Shown: positions 26,330 through 38,798, counted from the first letter of the whole stretch. The stretch: DNA of 56,969 bases, filler included, from Sluysia triapertura (GCA_046118255.1; 4 parts of 4 records of this genome joined end to end with filler, not necessarily neighbours in it), one strand, 5' to 3'. Notes: generated from the letters alone by a model not told the origin. Program-made: numbers and translations.

Positions 26330-27294
26330 ATTTTCGAATAATTCAGCTAATTAAAGCATACGAATAAAAGTTATCAGACCAATAAGAAGTCAGCAAAAAA
26401 GTATAAATTACTACAATGCTTGCATTCAAAAATAACTCTTCAATATTATGGAAACTACATTATGATTTCAAATGTTACAAATTAAAATCTGCCAATGATG
26501 TTGAAAAAGTTTCCAAACTTAACTTTACGAGTTCCATTTGTTCTGAATTGGCATATTTGATATATTTGTTATAAATGTTGAAAATTACTTAAAAACATCA
26601 TTGATTGTTAATTGATTTATTAATATTGTTAATATTGATTTTTAACATAAAATGTACTAGTTATTAATATAAGTAGTAAATAAATGTATTCTACAATTAT
26701 CAATTTTTATTTGTCATACATAAAGGAAAATACATTGTTGGACGTTACAATAATAATAAAAAATAATAATATAATTTAAACAAAAATACTTTCCAAAATA
26801 ATGGATTTTTGTGCATTTATCGATGCAACTACGAATACAACAACAACAAATCCACACATTAGATCCATAATGAAATAGCCAATAAATCCACTTTCAAACA
26901 ATTTTAGATATATAACTTCAAAATTACGTTACTTTTCTTGCGGTGCCTGCAACATAATAATCGTAGCTCCAGTGATACACACCCGAATTCACTAAGTACG
27001 TTCATTTCTTCTACTAATATTGCACTACTACCGAAAACAGTAACAACTATACTCATACCACCTAATGGTGTCACTAAGCTTGCAGGAGCAAATGAATAAA
27101 CAGCAAAATTTAACAATTCGCCAGTATTCATCAAAATTAAACCACCACCATAACGAATCCGTTAAATATGTAAAACCACCTTTTTCGTCAGCACGAATTA
27201 AGCCTTTCTTTTTAAATACAAAACTAATTCCAATTGACAATGTTGATAAAACTACCAAAAATAATCCAATTATAAATAATTCACTTCTGTACAT
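26330..27294 (-). pseudogene. NIPA2: NIPA-family Mg2+ transporter pseudogene, apparently processed
   Basis: SIGISFVFKKKGLIRA..GGFTYLTDSLWW, frameshift, GELLNFAVYSFAPASLVTPLGGMSIVV..MNVLSEFGC, then LKLFESGFIGYFI. No introns across the N-terminal half; multiple frameshifts. Confidence 0.9.
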
Positions 27295-27457
27295 GTCATT
27301 GAGGATTTAAATTACCTATCATTAGATGTTTCATTGGTTTTGGACAAGTTTATTTAGTCATATTATGCAAAATTAGTACATTTTTACAATCAATTTGATA
27401 TTAACAATACTAAAGAAAATAATAATAGTAGTAATAAAAAGGAGGATGTGAAAATTC

Positions 27458-27697
27458 ACACAATGTTGGTGTAGTTGGGTGGAGCGATATCGGCGGATTG
27501 AAGTAATGTTAAATGATAAATTATGATAATCTGAATATGTTATATTCTATTTAAGTTAAGATATATTAATGTAATATGTTTAAAGTGTGTTATATTTTAG
27601 GTGTTGTTATTTGTGCAAGATGTGGCATAGGTGTACTGTGTATTGAATATTTGTGGTTGAGTTTGTTAAATGTTCATGAATGAGTTGAACACTACAC
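27458..27697 (-). repeat. ~240 bp C/A-rich element, copy A (upstream of the NIPA pseudogene)
   Basis: Aligns end to end with 38799-39037 (TGTAGTGTTCAACTCATTCAT...ACTTCAATCCGCCGATATCGC...CCAACAT.GTGT) and is followed by a TTA/TAT-type tail. Confidence 0.9.
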
Positions 27698-28849
27698 TTC
27701 CCAGCAATTTGGTTTAATTTGATATATAAGGTTACCTACAATATTTAATCACTAGTAGTTACATTCATAGAAGTAAGTCATTTTGTGACAAACACTTAAC
27801 TTTCTCTAGCTTAACGTCACATTCTACTCTTTCTACCTTTTCCTTTTTGCTTAACTACTCCAGAGGTTCTTGTCCTAAATGCGCTTTTAAAATTTGACCA
27901 TACTCATGTATTCTTATTTCTATACATTGTTGTAGGAAAATATTTAATGATTTGGAATTACGCTATTTGGTGGTGAGGAAATCAAAATTCGAGTTTAATT
28001 TTTAGGCAAAATTAAGGAAATAGTGGTATCTAAAAATACCATCATTTAAACTTTGGAAAAAATGATGCAAGGCGCAAAGAAGACAAAATATAGTCATTTA
28101 TAATGAAGTTAAATTGGTATCTTTCGATCTACGACATTATCTACTCATTGCAGCCAATGGGAATTACAAAGCGCACGAAGTCACATGACGCCAAAAGTGA
28201 CATTAATAATTTTATTTACATTGCAATATATTTTTTCCCTTATATTTTACTATTTATTATTTATTTATTATTTCATATCTAATATTTTAATTTTTCCTTT
28301 TTATATATTATATAATCTATTGTTCTATAAACAAGTAACATTATGAAAAATATCCTTGTCATTGTTCATTTTACGATTGCAGACCCAAAAATTTCAATCT
28401 TAATCTAATTTCTATTATAATTTAGTTTTACAAAATATTGCGTAAAATGAGATATAGCATATATTGTTTAAAATTTTTTAAGTCCAAAAATAATAATTAG
28501 TAAAAAGCATTCTTTTTTTAGCGAGCCTACAATGCACTTATCTGGTTGCGTTTGTTTTAACGAAAAATATGACTTTTAATTATGTATAAACTTTAATTAT
28601 CTAAATGACTTTAATAAGCTTCATTAGACTAATTTTCACCTTTAAAATCTGTGTTATTTCATAGTTTGAGAGGTCATACTATTGGGATTGCCCAACTGTG
28701 GATCTGGAGACGAATGGAAACATAAAATCATAAAATAAAGAAGTACAATGATACAAAGTGTAGATCGAACATTAAACATTATCGGAATAAGAATCACGAA
28801 AGTAAACATTTCTAATAATGTTAACAGATAAAGAATACCTTGGCATTCC

Positions 28850-29010
28850 AAAGACATATATAAAGGTTTGCGACCTTATGAAAGTTTGAGATACACTAAA
28901 GGCATTTGGATACTTTTGAATTTGTGAACTTTGAGATCATCTAAGACTTTATTAAACCTTTAAGTATTCTTGATAAACATCTGAGATCTTCAAATAACCT
29001 TATAAAGTAT
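28850..29010 (+). repeat. Dispersed repeat with an inverted copy at 55966-56113
   Basis: AAAGAC.TA.ATAAA.GTTTG.GAC.TTATG.AAG.TTGAGAT ... TGAGATC.T..AATAACCTTATAAA is shared by both copies. Confidence 0.7.
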
Positions 29011-29077
29011 TTAAAATCTTTGAGAAATAAAATCATTGTTTTTTGTATTAAGAATAAATCTGTTAGACTTCGTAAAA

Positions 29078-29134
29078 TGGACTGACCGGGGATCGAACCC
29101 GGGACCTTCGATGCGCAGTGCGAATGCTCTACCA
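29078..29134 (-). tRNA. tRNA-like sequence (Ala-like body), pseudo-tRNA or tRNA-derived SINE head; 5' end lost in the gap
   Basis: TGGTAGAGC D-arm, perfect T-arm CCGGG-TTCGATC-CCCGG, acceptor 3' strand TCAGTCC-A, followed directly by TTTT. The anticodon stem pairs poorly. Confidence 0.7.
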
Positions 29135-29234
29135 NNNNNNNNNNNNNNNNNNNNNNNNNNNNNNNNNNNNNNNNNNNNTTAATTAATTAANNNNNNNNNN
29201 NNNNNNNNNNNNNNNNNNNNNNNNNNNNNNNNNN

Positions 29235-29473
29235 ATAATTATTAATTAAATTAATTAACAAATGTACTTTAACACTTCGACAAACAAAATCTTATAAAAG
29301 GTTATTTCTTCGTATTTCTGACTGTCTTATCTTGATTCGAGTATTTTATATATTTATCTTATCATTACAATTCATCATAGTCCCTTATCTCAATGCCTCA
29401 ATAACGTTTACCTTCTCTGTCATCCTGAATCTTGAACCTTCATATCTACCTTTGCTTTTCACTAATCCCAACA
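29235..29473 (-). repeat. LTR-like repeat family B (also 46215-46390 and about 51470-51654)
   Basis: Shared AATTAACAAATGTACTTT...AATTCATCATA..TTATCT core; all copies end at CAACA (TGTTG start on the minus strand). Confidence 0.55.
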
Positions 29474-30338
29474 ATAAGATTTTATTCAGTAAATAACTTT
29501 TGGGAAAATATTCAGTTAATTTTTACTACTACAATTATTTTTTAAGTTATAGCCAAATAAATCTGAATTGTTGGGAGGCTCCCTGCCTGAATTTTTTTGA
29601 AGTATTTCGAATTATAAATTTAATTTAATTTCAATTTTAATTTTTGTTAAGTAATTAAATAATTCTACTTTTGGGAGACTTCCTTTCCGGATTATTTTGT
29701 AATTTTTCGAAAATATATAATAATTATTACTGCCTTTAACTTTTCATGTATAGATATTTTTTAAGTGTTGCTGCGTCATCTCTGTTTTTTATTTTTTGAA
29801 CATATTATTTCGTGCTTAATATCGCTAATAAACGGAACTATTGTTGATTTTGAGATTTAATCATTTATAGTTAATTTACTCAATTCTTATATTTGATATT
29901 TTTGTAGTTAATATTATATTGAGTTAATAAAATAGTAAATAATTTTTGGGTTGCATAAATATTATTATTAAGATTTAAGATTTAATAAATTACAAATTAA
30001 AATTCAATAAATTTTTTAGAATAATTAATACATTTTTTAGAATGATTAAAATAAAATAAAATACCTTTAAATAAAATAGTATTTCCAAAAGATGAATATA
30101 AATTAGTTCTAAAATATTATTTCCAAGAATTAAAATAATAAATAGTTAGTTCTTTTGTTTAGTACAAGTTATATACATCTATAAATCATATCAATAAAAT
30201 CTGAATTAAGTGAAATAAATGTCAATAAATTATATTCAATAAAATTCGAATAAAGTCCGATCAATAAAGTTCGAGTAAAGTTCGAATTTAGAATTCACGA
30301 TGTAGTTTATAAGATGTAGTTTACACAACGGTACAATT

Positions 30339-31718
30339 CTAACAAAAATTCAATATCGTTATTTGCTGAATATATAGAAGAGTCTTTTTAAATGTTGGAT
30401 ATTGCACAAGCTTGTGAATAACTGCGCAAGATTTTGAAGCAGGACGGAAGGCTGCTTCATGCTGTATGTAAAGCTATGGTTAATGAATTTGCTTCCATAC
30501 CATCAAAACAACGCATTTTCAAGAGTTCATAAATCCAAAAATCATCACTACTTTGAAATAATTTGATAATCTTTAACTTTTGTTTTCGAGTCTGAACTAT
30601 TTCTGGACAAACTAAATTAATTCGAACACGAAAAAGTGATTCATGATTATAAGACGGTTTAAGAACATCAGCCAATTGATGTAAAGTTAACTGAACAAAT
30701 AGAAAACCTTCTTCATTAACTTTAACTGAAATACACTTATTTGATCTTTCAACTAAATAATGCATTAATTTCCTATCGTAACTTAATAGGTACTATTGTA
30801 AATTCGTGGTAATAGATCGATTACAGTAACTAGACCTTACGATAGAGAAATAGGTTCTATTATATTTATAAAATTGTGACATTCTGGGTTTTGAATCAAC
30901 ACAGATTGAAATCCACTATCAATAATTATACTAAAATTTATTTTCAATTTTTCTATGGCGTCTCGATTAGAAATAGACAACATCCAAATAGACTCGTAAT
31001 TATCAAGTGAATCAACTGATTCATTATCAGAATACATAAACGAATATGCGCCCAAAATAGATATTAAATTAGGATTCATATATTTGTAAACATTATAGCA
31101 TTCTTGATAATTGGGCATAAGAAATAATACTTTATATTTGGTAATAACTGAAGATAGATTGTCATTTATTTTACCAGAATAGACATTTTTAATAGTATTT
31201 AAAATTAATTCAACCAAGTTTTCGCATTCCATTTGATTATGAAAGTCTACTTTAACAATTCATTCTTGTATACAATTTAATTTCATATTATAATCGCCGT
31301 ATATCATTTGAAATGTGAGCAGTTAATATAATCAACTTAATCAGTTCTACATTGAACTTTAATCTTAACTTCTGAATTCCATTATAATTTCCAATGGATA
31401 AATCATTGTGGCTATTACCCATGCGGTAATTCGATACTAATATTTATTTATAACTTTTCAAATATAGATATTCTAACAAAATATTAGCAGCAGCATATGG
31501 TTTTACGACGGTGCATACGCTACTTAAACCATTAAACCAGAATGTTTCATTGTAAGATTCGACAAATGAGAAGTATCACTAAAATATTGGCTGATTTCCA
31601 GTAGACTGGATAAATTAGATACACCATTTATAATTGTCACATTATAACTTTTGAAATCAAATTTACTAACAGATGTTGAATGCTTCGCAAGTCGCAAATC
31701 AGACATATCAACAGGCAT
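30339..31718 (-). pseudogene. DEAH/RHA-family RNA helicase-like gene with all catalytic motifs degenerate; frameshifts, stops and one 68-nt intron
   Basis: Colinear matches: NVTIINGVSNLSSLLEISQYF (motif I), VCTVVKPYAAA (Ia), SYK*ILVSNYR (II), KLIILTAH (III), VLFLMPNYQEC (IV), IIIDSGFQSVLIQNP..EPISLS (V/Vb). The intron GTAAGG..GATAG (30840-30773) joins ORFs 30837 and 30457 in frame. Confidence 0.75.
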
Positions 31719-32894
31719 TTAAAATGAAAATATATTTATGCTGAGCTCTCTCTTTTTTGACTAATAAAATAGTATTTTTATTTTTAATTATTTTTAGCAG
31801 ATGATGACCGGTGATTGGTCATCCAACTGGAATTGTTTGTCAGAACAATAAATGAATATTATTCTGGTTGGATGGCCAATTAGAGTAGAATATTTAATAA
31901 ACTGGTTATAGTGAGTGATTAGCCGTCACAGTGTTGACAGTAATGAAAAATGTCAACACTGATGATGGTAGAGGCAATTTTTGATGAATTAAATTAAGTT
32001 AATAAAATTTTATGTCAATAATAATAATAACAATAATGTTATTATTATTATTATTAATATTACTTTATTACAAAATATTTTTAAAAAATGCATAAAGTAT
32101 TGTTCTTGAAAATTAAACATGATCTTCCTATCTCTTTCTCTAATTCTTAACATATATTGGATTGAGACAAATAAAGAGTGGAAGAATTGAATGTAATAAC
32201 AAGCTGAACAATAGTGTATTTATTGTTATTATTACATTGCATAAACTTTTAGATTCTTTAAAAACTGTACACAAACTTCCTTTAACTCCTAATGATTTCT
32301 GAACATATTGCAATAAATTTAAATATGTTTGAAGCTGAAATCTCTGAATAAAGATTAGTTTAAATGAATTTATATATGTGATTAACGTTTCAAGGCATGA
32401 TAGTAGTTTTATGTCGTCTAGTGAAATGGAGAATGTTAGAGTGGATTTTTAGATGGTGATTGAAAGTAATATTTGAATATTGGAAGATTGTGACCGTAAG
32501 ATGTATTAAGAAGAGTGTAGTTTAGTAAATATGAAAAGATAAATTATAATACAACTCTTGGTATATTTGAAAGGTTATTATGCAATGTTTTATGTGATTT
32601 GATTATTTGTTGTTTTTAAGTGGTATTGTATTTTGTGTTGTTGGTGATTATGTAATGACAAATGCTGAATTTAAGGTGTTGTAATTGATTCGAAAGTGTG
32701 AAGTGGATAATTTCAAATGTGGTTATTATTTGATTGTTGTGAATGTCGAGTTACATGTTTTTGATGGATTTCTTGGTGTAAATTAGTGATATTGGATGTA
32801 AATGTGAAGTGTAAGTTATAAGATTGTGAATATGATTTAACTTTGACAGATGAACTGTTCTATAAATGCAGAAAAGATGATATGCGAATATTAG

Positions 32895-33430
32895 AGTGTT
32901 AAGGATTATTTTTTATCAAATTTTAATAATATTAAGGGTTGACCACTACCGTGAAATTGTTAAATGAAACGAAACAAGAATTAGTGAATCATTCAAAGAT
33001 AATTCAAAGTATAATGCATTTGAAAATACACAGTGTAAACGTTACTTACGTACTATGAATATTTGGAATTATTAGGATGCAAAGTTGAACCGTTATGTAT
33101 CTGAGTAAGTTGTTGAAGCTATAGAAAATCTGCTTATCAATACATTACAGTATGAATGATGAGAATATCCAGAACAAATACTGGTGGTGTTTTACGTTGC
33201 TTAAAAGAAATTAAAAATAAATTTGTTAACAGTGATGACAATAGTGCTATAATGATGTTTTGCATGTGTCATGGACGAGAAAATGAATTAGTTTCTTCAT
33301 TTTAATTTCCTATGGCATCATAAAACTGCTATATAAGCAGTTACACTTTTGTATGAAATCAGAAAGAAAAATTGATAGAGTTAAGTATTAAAGTTAAGTA
33401 CCAAATCTTTCTATCTGAGGGACGCTGCCT
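32895..33430 (+). pseudogene. Caspase p20-like relic
   Basis: LELLGCKVE, a 46-nt GTAAGT..TTACAG intron, VLRCLKEIKNKF..SAIMMFCMCHGRENEL (SHG-like His motif at about 33270), and a frameshifted VPK-IFLSEGRC resembling KPKLFFIQACRG. Confidence 0.5.
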
Positions 33431-34054
33431 CGATAACGGTTAACGGTGATATCAAGACTTATTTCTTTAGTAACTGATCAATATAAACATTTTTGAGTAA
33501 GAGTACTCATGGTTAGTTATCTGTTTTGTATTGAGTATATTTTGTATTAATATCGGGTACGAGGATTTAAGTTGTGTCAACGCTGGTTTTTCAATTTGTT
33601 TTTGAAGAGTAATTTACGTGATTGTTGAGAGCGATTTAAAGTTTTTATATAAAGAGTGGTTTGTATTTTTTTAGAGTGTTTTGTATAGTTGTTGTCATAA
33701 AGAATAATTTTTAAAGTGTAAATATTTTGATTATACAAAAATATATCGAGATTCTGAAGTTGTTCAATTATTGGGTTTTGCGAAGTAAAAAAATATAAAA
33801 GACAACAGTTGTATAAACCGTGTATATATTATTAAATAAAAAGTGGCATAATTCCGTTCTATTTTATTTTTGTGGATTATACAGGTTCGATTAAAATGAT
33901 CGATTTTAGAAAAATTAATTTAAAATATTTTTTCTAAAAGGTTTAAGAACCTGATTAAATTCACTATAGTTAAGATTTTAAGAACCTCATTAAAATATAT
34001 TAATTAAGTTTTCAGTGTCAGAACTTCTCTTAAAATACTATTTCATTAGAAGTT

Positions 34055-34131
34055 TGCTCATTTATCTTGATTCCAAATCCAACGGCTGGCCCTAACTGCT
34101 AAGTCCAGTACGTTGGTGAACTCACATTAAG
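34055..34131 (-). repeat. Short repeat family S, copy 4
   Basis: Reverse complement reads GTGAGTTC...TACTGGACTTAGCAGTTAGGGCCAGC. Confidence 0.6.
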
Positions 34132-35201
34132 TTTTTTCATTCTACTTTATTCTACAAAAGTTTTTTCACAAAATTGTATATGCTAAATTGAATTGTAAAA
34201 ATTCAATACTGTTTCTTGGCTAATCAATTTTGTACCCGTTATAAAAATAATTTTTACATTCTATACTCCTATATATTATAAGTATTTATTTACGTAGCAT
34301 TTTAAACAAAAAATTTTATTAATTATTTCCTCAAGCGGGACTTCAACGTCACACCAACTTCACAATTCTTGCCAAACAATAGAAATTGGTTAGAATAAAA
34401 TCAAAGTTAAAAAATTATAAAATTGATATTGAAACACAATACTCAATTTATAATAAATTGGTAGAGATTAGCTGCCAATTAGAAAATCGTAATTGAACAA
34501 ATGGAGTCAACTTCGTTTTAAATCAATCAAAGGCGTAATCTTTGTTTCTTTTGATATTCTGTCAATTTTATCATATTTCAGTGTTTATATATCAGATGAT
34601 GTAATATGAAATATTTTATTTCAAATAAAGAATATTTGAGCTTTACACCCTAAGATGTATTTACAAAATAATTAATAGGCTCTACATTTTTATTACATTA
34701 CTTCATTTTTTAATAATTTTTATTCTTAATCATATTTATTATATTATTATTATTACTGATTCTGATTTAGGTCCTGGCAATATTAACAGCAACTAAATAA
34801 ATGTAGTCGTTTTAAAAATTTAACAAGGCCATATTAAGAAGTCAGAGGAAGCAGAGAACAAGATTTCAGTGTTCAAAACATATGTAATTCATTTTGTTAG
34901 AACACTCGATTATGTTTTAAATTAGTTTTTTAAACATTTAACTTGAATAAATTTATTTCAATGAACAATTAACTACAGAAAAAATGATAACGTAAGTACA
35001 ATAAACATTAGTATAATTAAATAATTTTAAAATTTAAAGAAATAAATGAAATTTGTTTAACTCAATCAATTATTTTAATTTATTTTACAAAACAAATTTC
35101 AAAATTCGTATCCATTATTCACATACAAATTTCAATTTTTATGCTTTTCGATTAATGTTACAATTTGGAATTACTTCATACTCTTCGAATTTAAAATAAA
35201 T

Positions 35202-35300
35202 ATGAGTGTCTGTGATAGTGATTCTGGATTATCTATATGTAGTTCACTTGCTCAGGGTTCAATTAAAATTGAAATAAGAGTTCCGGATTTGGAATTAAAA
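35202..35300 (+). CDS. Putative first exon of a Shank/Prosap-like protein (SPN/FERM-F0 first strand)
   Basis: GSIKIEIRVPDLELK|GTTTGT with a phase-0 donor parallels Shank VVRVGIPDLQQT|KC. I could not identify downstream exons. Confidence 0.45.
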
Positions 35301-35859
35301 GTTTGTCGTTATTCTAATTTGCTTTTTTTAATGCGAAACCAATTTTTAAAAATAAATGGTAAACTAATTCCAAAAATACAATTACTAAACAAATCGATAA
35401 TATATTTATTAAATTATTTTATATTTTTGATTTATTGTGATATTTACTAAATTGAGTAATTAATTAGCCTTATTTACATTTTTTTAAATTTTGTGATGAA
35501 ATTGCTTGAACTAAAACAGGTAAATAAATTAAAATGAATATTTGTAATATGTAGAATGAATTATAAAAGTTTTAATATTTGCGTTTTTTGACACAGTTGT
35601 ATCAACACATAAGTGAAAAATACTGAGTGACGTTAAGTTTATTTTCAGTAAATACAGAAATTTAAATGTGTTACCAAAAAGTTTCTGGAACTATCAAAGG
35701 GACAAACAAGGAAATGATGCAGTTAGAATGGTCATTGTGAGTACTTTGTGTTTTTAAGATGTTTATATCTTTTCTGCAGGCTTGTTTACGTATATTAAAA
35801 ATATTATAATTTATCGTGTTTAAGAATATTTTATACTATTAAAAATCAGACGAGTATAC

Positions 35860-36090
35860 TTAGGACATAGTTAAAATATACAACTATGTTAAAATTTAAA
35901 TGCATATATTGTTTCCAATTGAAAAGCTTTGTGAAAAATGATCAATGGAGGTTTGTGGTAATTAATATTTAGTTAACTTTATAGATATTCTAATTTTCAG
36001 CGTAATATATCATTATCGTATCGCAGTGTGTGGTCTAACGTTATAATGCAATAAAATAGAAGTAAATCTCTTGACCAATCTAGGCTGTGC
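35860..36090 (-). mobile_element. mariner C-terminal relic
   Basis: 36021-36088 is nearly identical to the QPRLVKR..ILLHYNVRPH-coding part of the mariner at 37547-37613. Confidence 0.7.
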
Positions 36091-36534
36091 TCAGAAATTT
36101 ATTCTAAAAAACTGATGGTATTAATTTTAAGAGTGACAAAGAAAGTATTAAATCAACTAATGATAGTGTTAACGAATTTAATATTAATTACTATGAGGTC
36201 TAAAAGTATAAAATTTGTAGAAAAAAAGCAAAGTTGTTTAATAAATTATAAGTATTAAGAATTGCTCAATTCATAAACAATGTAACGATATTGTGTGCAC
36301 GTCTGCCATTTAAGCGGCAGGTTATTCAAGCTGGTGATTTAAAACCTTGACGGACTAGAGTCAATGAATTCCTGAATTCTGCTATTTAGGGTCTGAAATT
36401 TCATATATTTCTAAAACTGAATAAGAGCACAAAAAGTAACGATAAATTGATAAAATACTGAAAAAACACGTAAAATCTGTCATTTATCATTTGTAACAGC
36501 GGATAAATGTCACTAACGGCTGAAAAAAACTGCT

Positions 36535-37300
36535 AAACATGTCATTGTTTCTGAAAAGGAATTTATGCACATAATATGGGAACAAATCCCTTTTTGTTTT
36601 GTACTGGCGACGAATTTTTCTCTTGGCCCGGCTCCAAACATTCTCAACATTTTGTCTGTGAACCTCTGGATCAGGATCTACGAAATTCTGTTAGTTAGTC
36701 ACGCATATGTTCTCGATTTTGGCATATGATGCCCAACCATCCGACATAATGTGTGAATCTGGCAAGATATGCTGCACAATTAGCGGTTCTAGTGTTCTAG
36801 TTTTCTGCTCCGCCTTTCCATTCTGCCGAAAACCCGTGACCCTCTAGTCACGATAGTATTTTCTATGGAAAAATTTAGATTCATCAATTTCGACAATTAT
36901 CGGCTAGTCATTATTGTTAAATCAGCTACACTTCACATTCTCCACGTATGAAGTTGCACCAAGCCACTGCTCTGTGATCACTTCCAGTGTCTGCTCATGT
37001 TGCATCAGAATCTGAGACAAGTCGTGACTCCAACAATAAGCCAGAAATACTATTTGCTTAAGTATGAGGTGGCTCCGTGTCTTACTGACTTCTTAATGTT
37101 ACAGTCTCTGCACATCCACGTTTAACCATCTACGTTGTCAGCATGCACAGTTAGATAACAATGTTGATCCCAAGTAGGACAACTGAATACGTTAGCGAGT
37201 ATTGCCAGTTGAACCAACAAACACATGCATTCATCTCTGGCAACAGAGACGACATATTGGGATCTACAATGGTTGTCGGTGCGTGAGGTTTCCCAGACAT
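36535..37300 (-). mobile_element. Merlin (IS1016/ISXO2-like) transposase relic
   Basis: WMCRDCNIKKSVRHG zinc ribbon, IVEIDESKFFHRKY, TLEPLIVQHILPDSHIMSDGWASY, NFVDPDPEVHRQNVENVWSRAKRK: the DDE motifs of Merlin. Confidence 0.92.
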
Positions 37301-37384
37301 TTCCACGTAAAAAACAGAAAACCGGAAATAAGATTACCTATATAATGCAATAAGCAGCATGTATAAATTTGTGATCCTAACTGC

Positions 37385-38159
37385 AGGATTTCTAAAGGTC
37401 AGTTTTGCAGTATTGTCGAAATTAAATTATCTTCCTATTAAAACGTTGTTCAAATTGAGGAAGAAGTTTCGGTCATTAAGGTCTAGACCTGTTGAGTGTA
37501 GAGGTCTTTGAAGAAGTTCCAACTCCACAATTTTTTCACAGTTATTTGTGCAGTGTGGTCTAACATTATAATGCAATAAAATAGGAGTAGATCTCTTGAC
37601 CAATCTAGGCTGTTTTTCTTTAAGGTTTTACATCATTTCGTCAAGGTGGTTACATTATATTTTTGTTGTGCTCGATGAGCTAGGTTTCAGGAAATCTGCG
37701 CTAGATCACCTAAAGCTTCTTTTGAAGAATATTTCGCTTCGGTATGTTTTTTGATGATTCAACCTTGTCCAACCACAGAGCTAAACATTTGTGATTATCC
37801 TATTAGATCAATTTCTAATTACAAGTGCAATTTCGAATCAAAAATTGATATTTGTGTCGAGAGAGCAACATCAACCAAGCTTCCAAACGCATTTTCCCGT
37901 TTTTCATTCAGCTTATGTGGAACCCACTTATTCAACATTTTCACTGCACTTATTTGAGCTTAATTTCGTCATTATTGATCCTTGATTCTAGGCAATCGCG
38001 TGGCTCATTTATGAGATCAAAATTACTTGTTTGAAATTTGGCGAACGAATTTGAAACTGTCTGTTGAGTAGTAACAATAGAGGCAAATACAATATTAACG
38101 TTTCACGCGATTTGCGACACCGTACTTCCGCATAAAGTGCAAATTTCGGATCGCTTCAT
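37385..38159 (-). mobile_element. mariner (DD34D) transposase relic, near full span with deletions
   Basis: FAKFQTSNFDLINEPR, KWVPHKLNE (WVPHEL motif), QPRLVKRSTPILLHYNVRPH, FFLNLNNVLIG. The three + strand ORFs at 37751-38034 are antisense shadows. Confidence 0.92.
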
Positions 38160-38798
38160 CTTGAACAAAATTAATTTTAAAACATTTTAAATATTTCTCA
38201 GTTATTACAATTGTAATAAATTTTTTCCATACATATATTGTAAATTTAAAATTTTTGTTTCTACTATATCTCTAAGATTTTGTGTTGTTTTTTGTCTTTA
38301 AATTTAAATGTGTTTGATTACTACTTAATATTTTATATCCTATGATAATCAAAATTCCTTTATATTTAATAAGCTAAGTTTCTTGAATAGTATTCATATA
38401 ATGCAAATCTTAAAATTATTACTCTACTATTTTTTCTTCTAAAATTAAATTTACCTTTTAATTTTTTTATTAACCTTATATAAATTAATTAATTAATAAA
38501 TTATCTGAAAGTATGAGCAAATATACTCGACCTTGTTCAGGATAGAAGTACTAAATAAACTTTTGGTACGAAATACTAATGACAAATTTCTATAATTGCA
38601 GTTAATGTTAATGGAATTTCACTTTATGGTTCTATTCTCAACCCTAAGTTTAGTAACAAATAATAAAACAATAAAAACAATGAATTTTATTTTAGCTTAA
38701 ATTTATACCTTTATTTTACAAAAATTTTCAAAATAGTGTTTACAATGTATAATAGACAAACCTGATGTATAAATAAAAACATAATTAAATGTTATGTA

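Noticed and set aside
36021-37613. 65-bp direct repeats appearing to flank the Merlin transposase like LTRs or a long TSD
   Set aside because: The repeat is mariner coding sequence (QPRLVKR..LLHYNVRPH) present in two mariner relics.
37751-38034. Three overlapping + strand ORFs; also 14116-14331, 23295-23477, 25422-25631 and 27065-27310
   Set aside because: Antisense or alternate-frame shadows of transposases or real exons.
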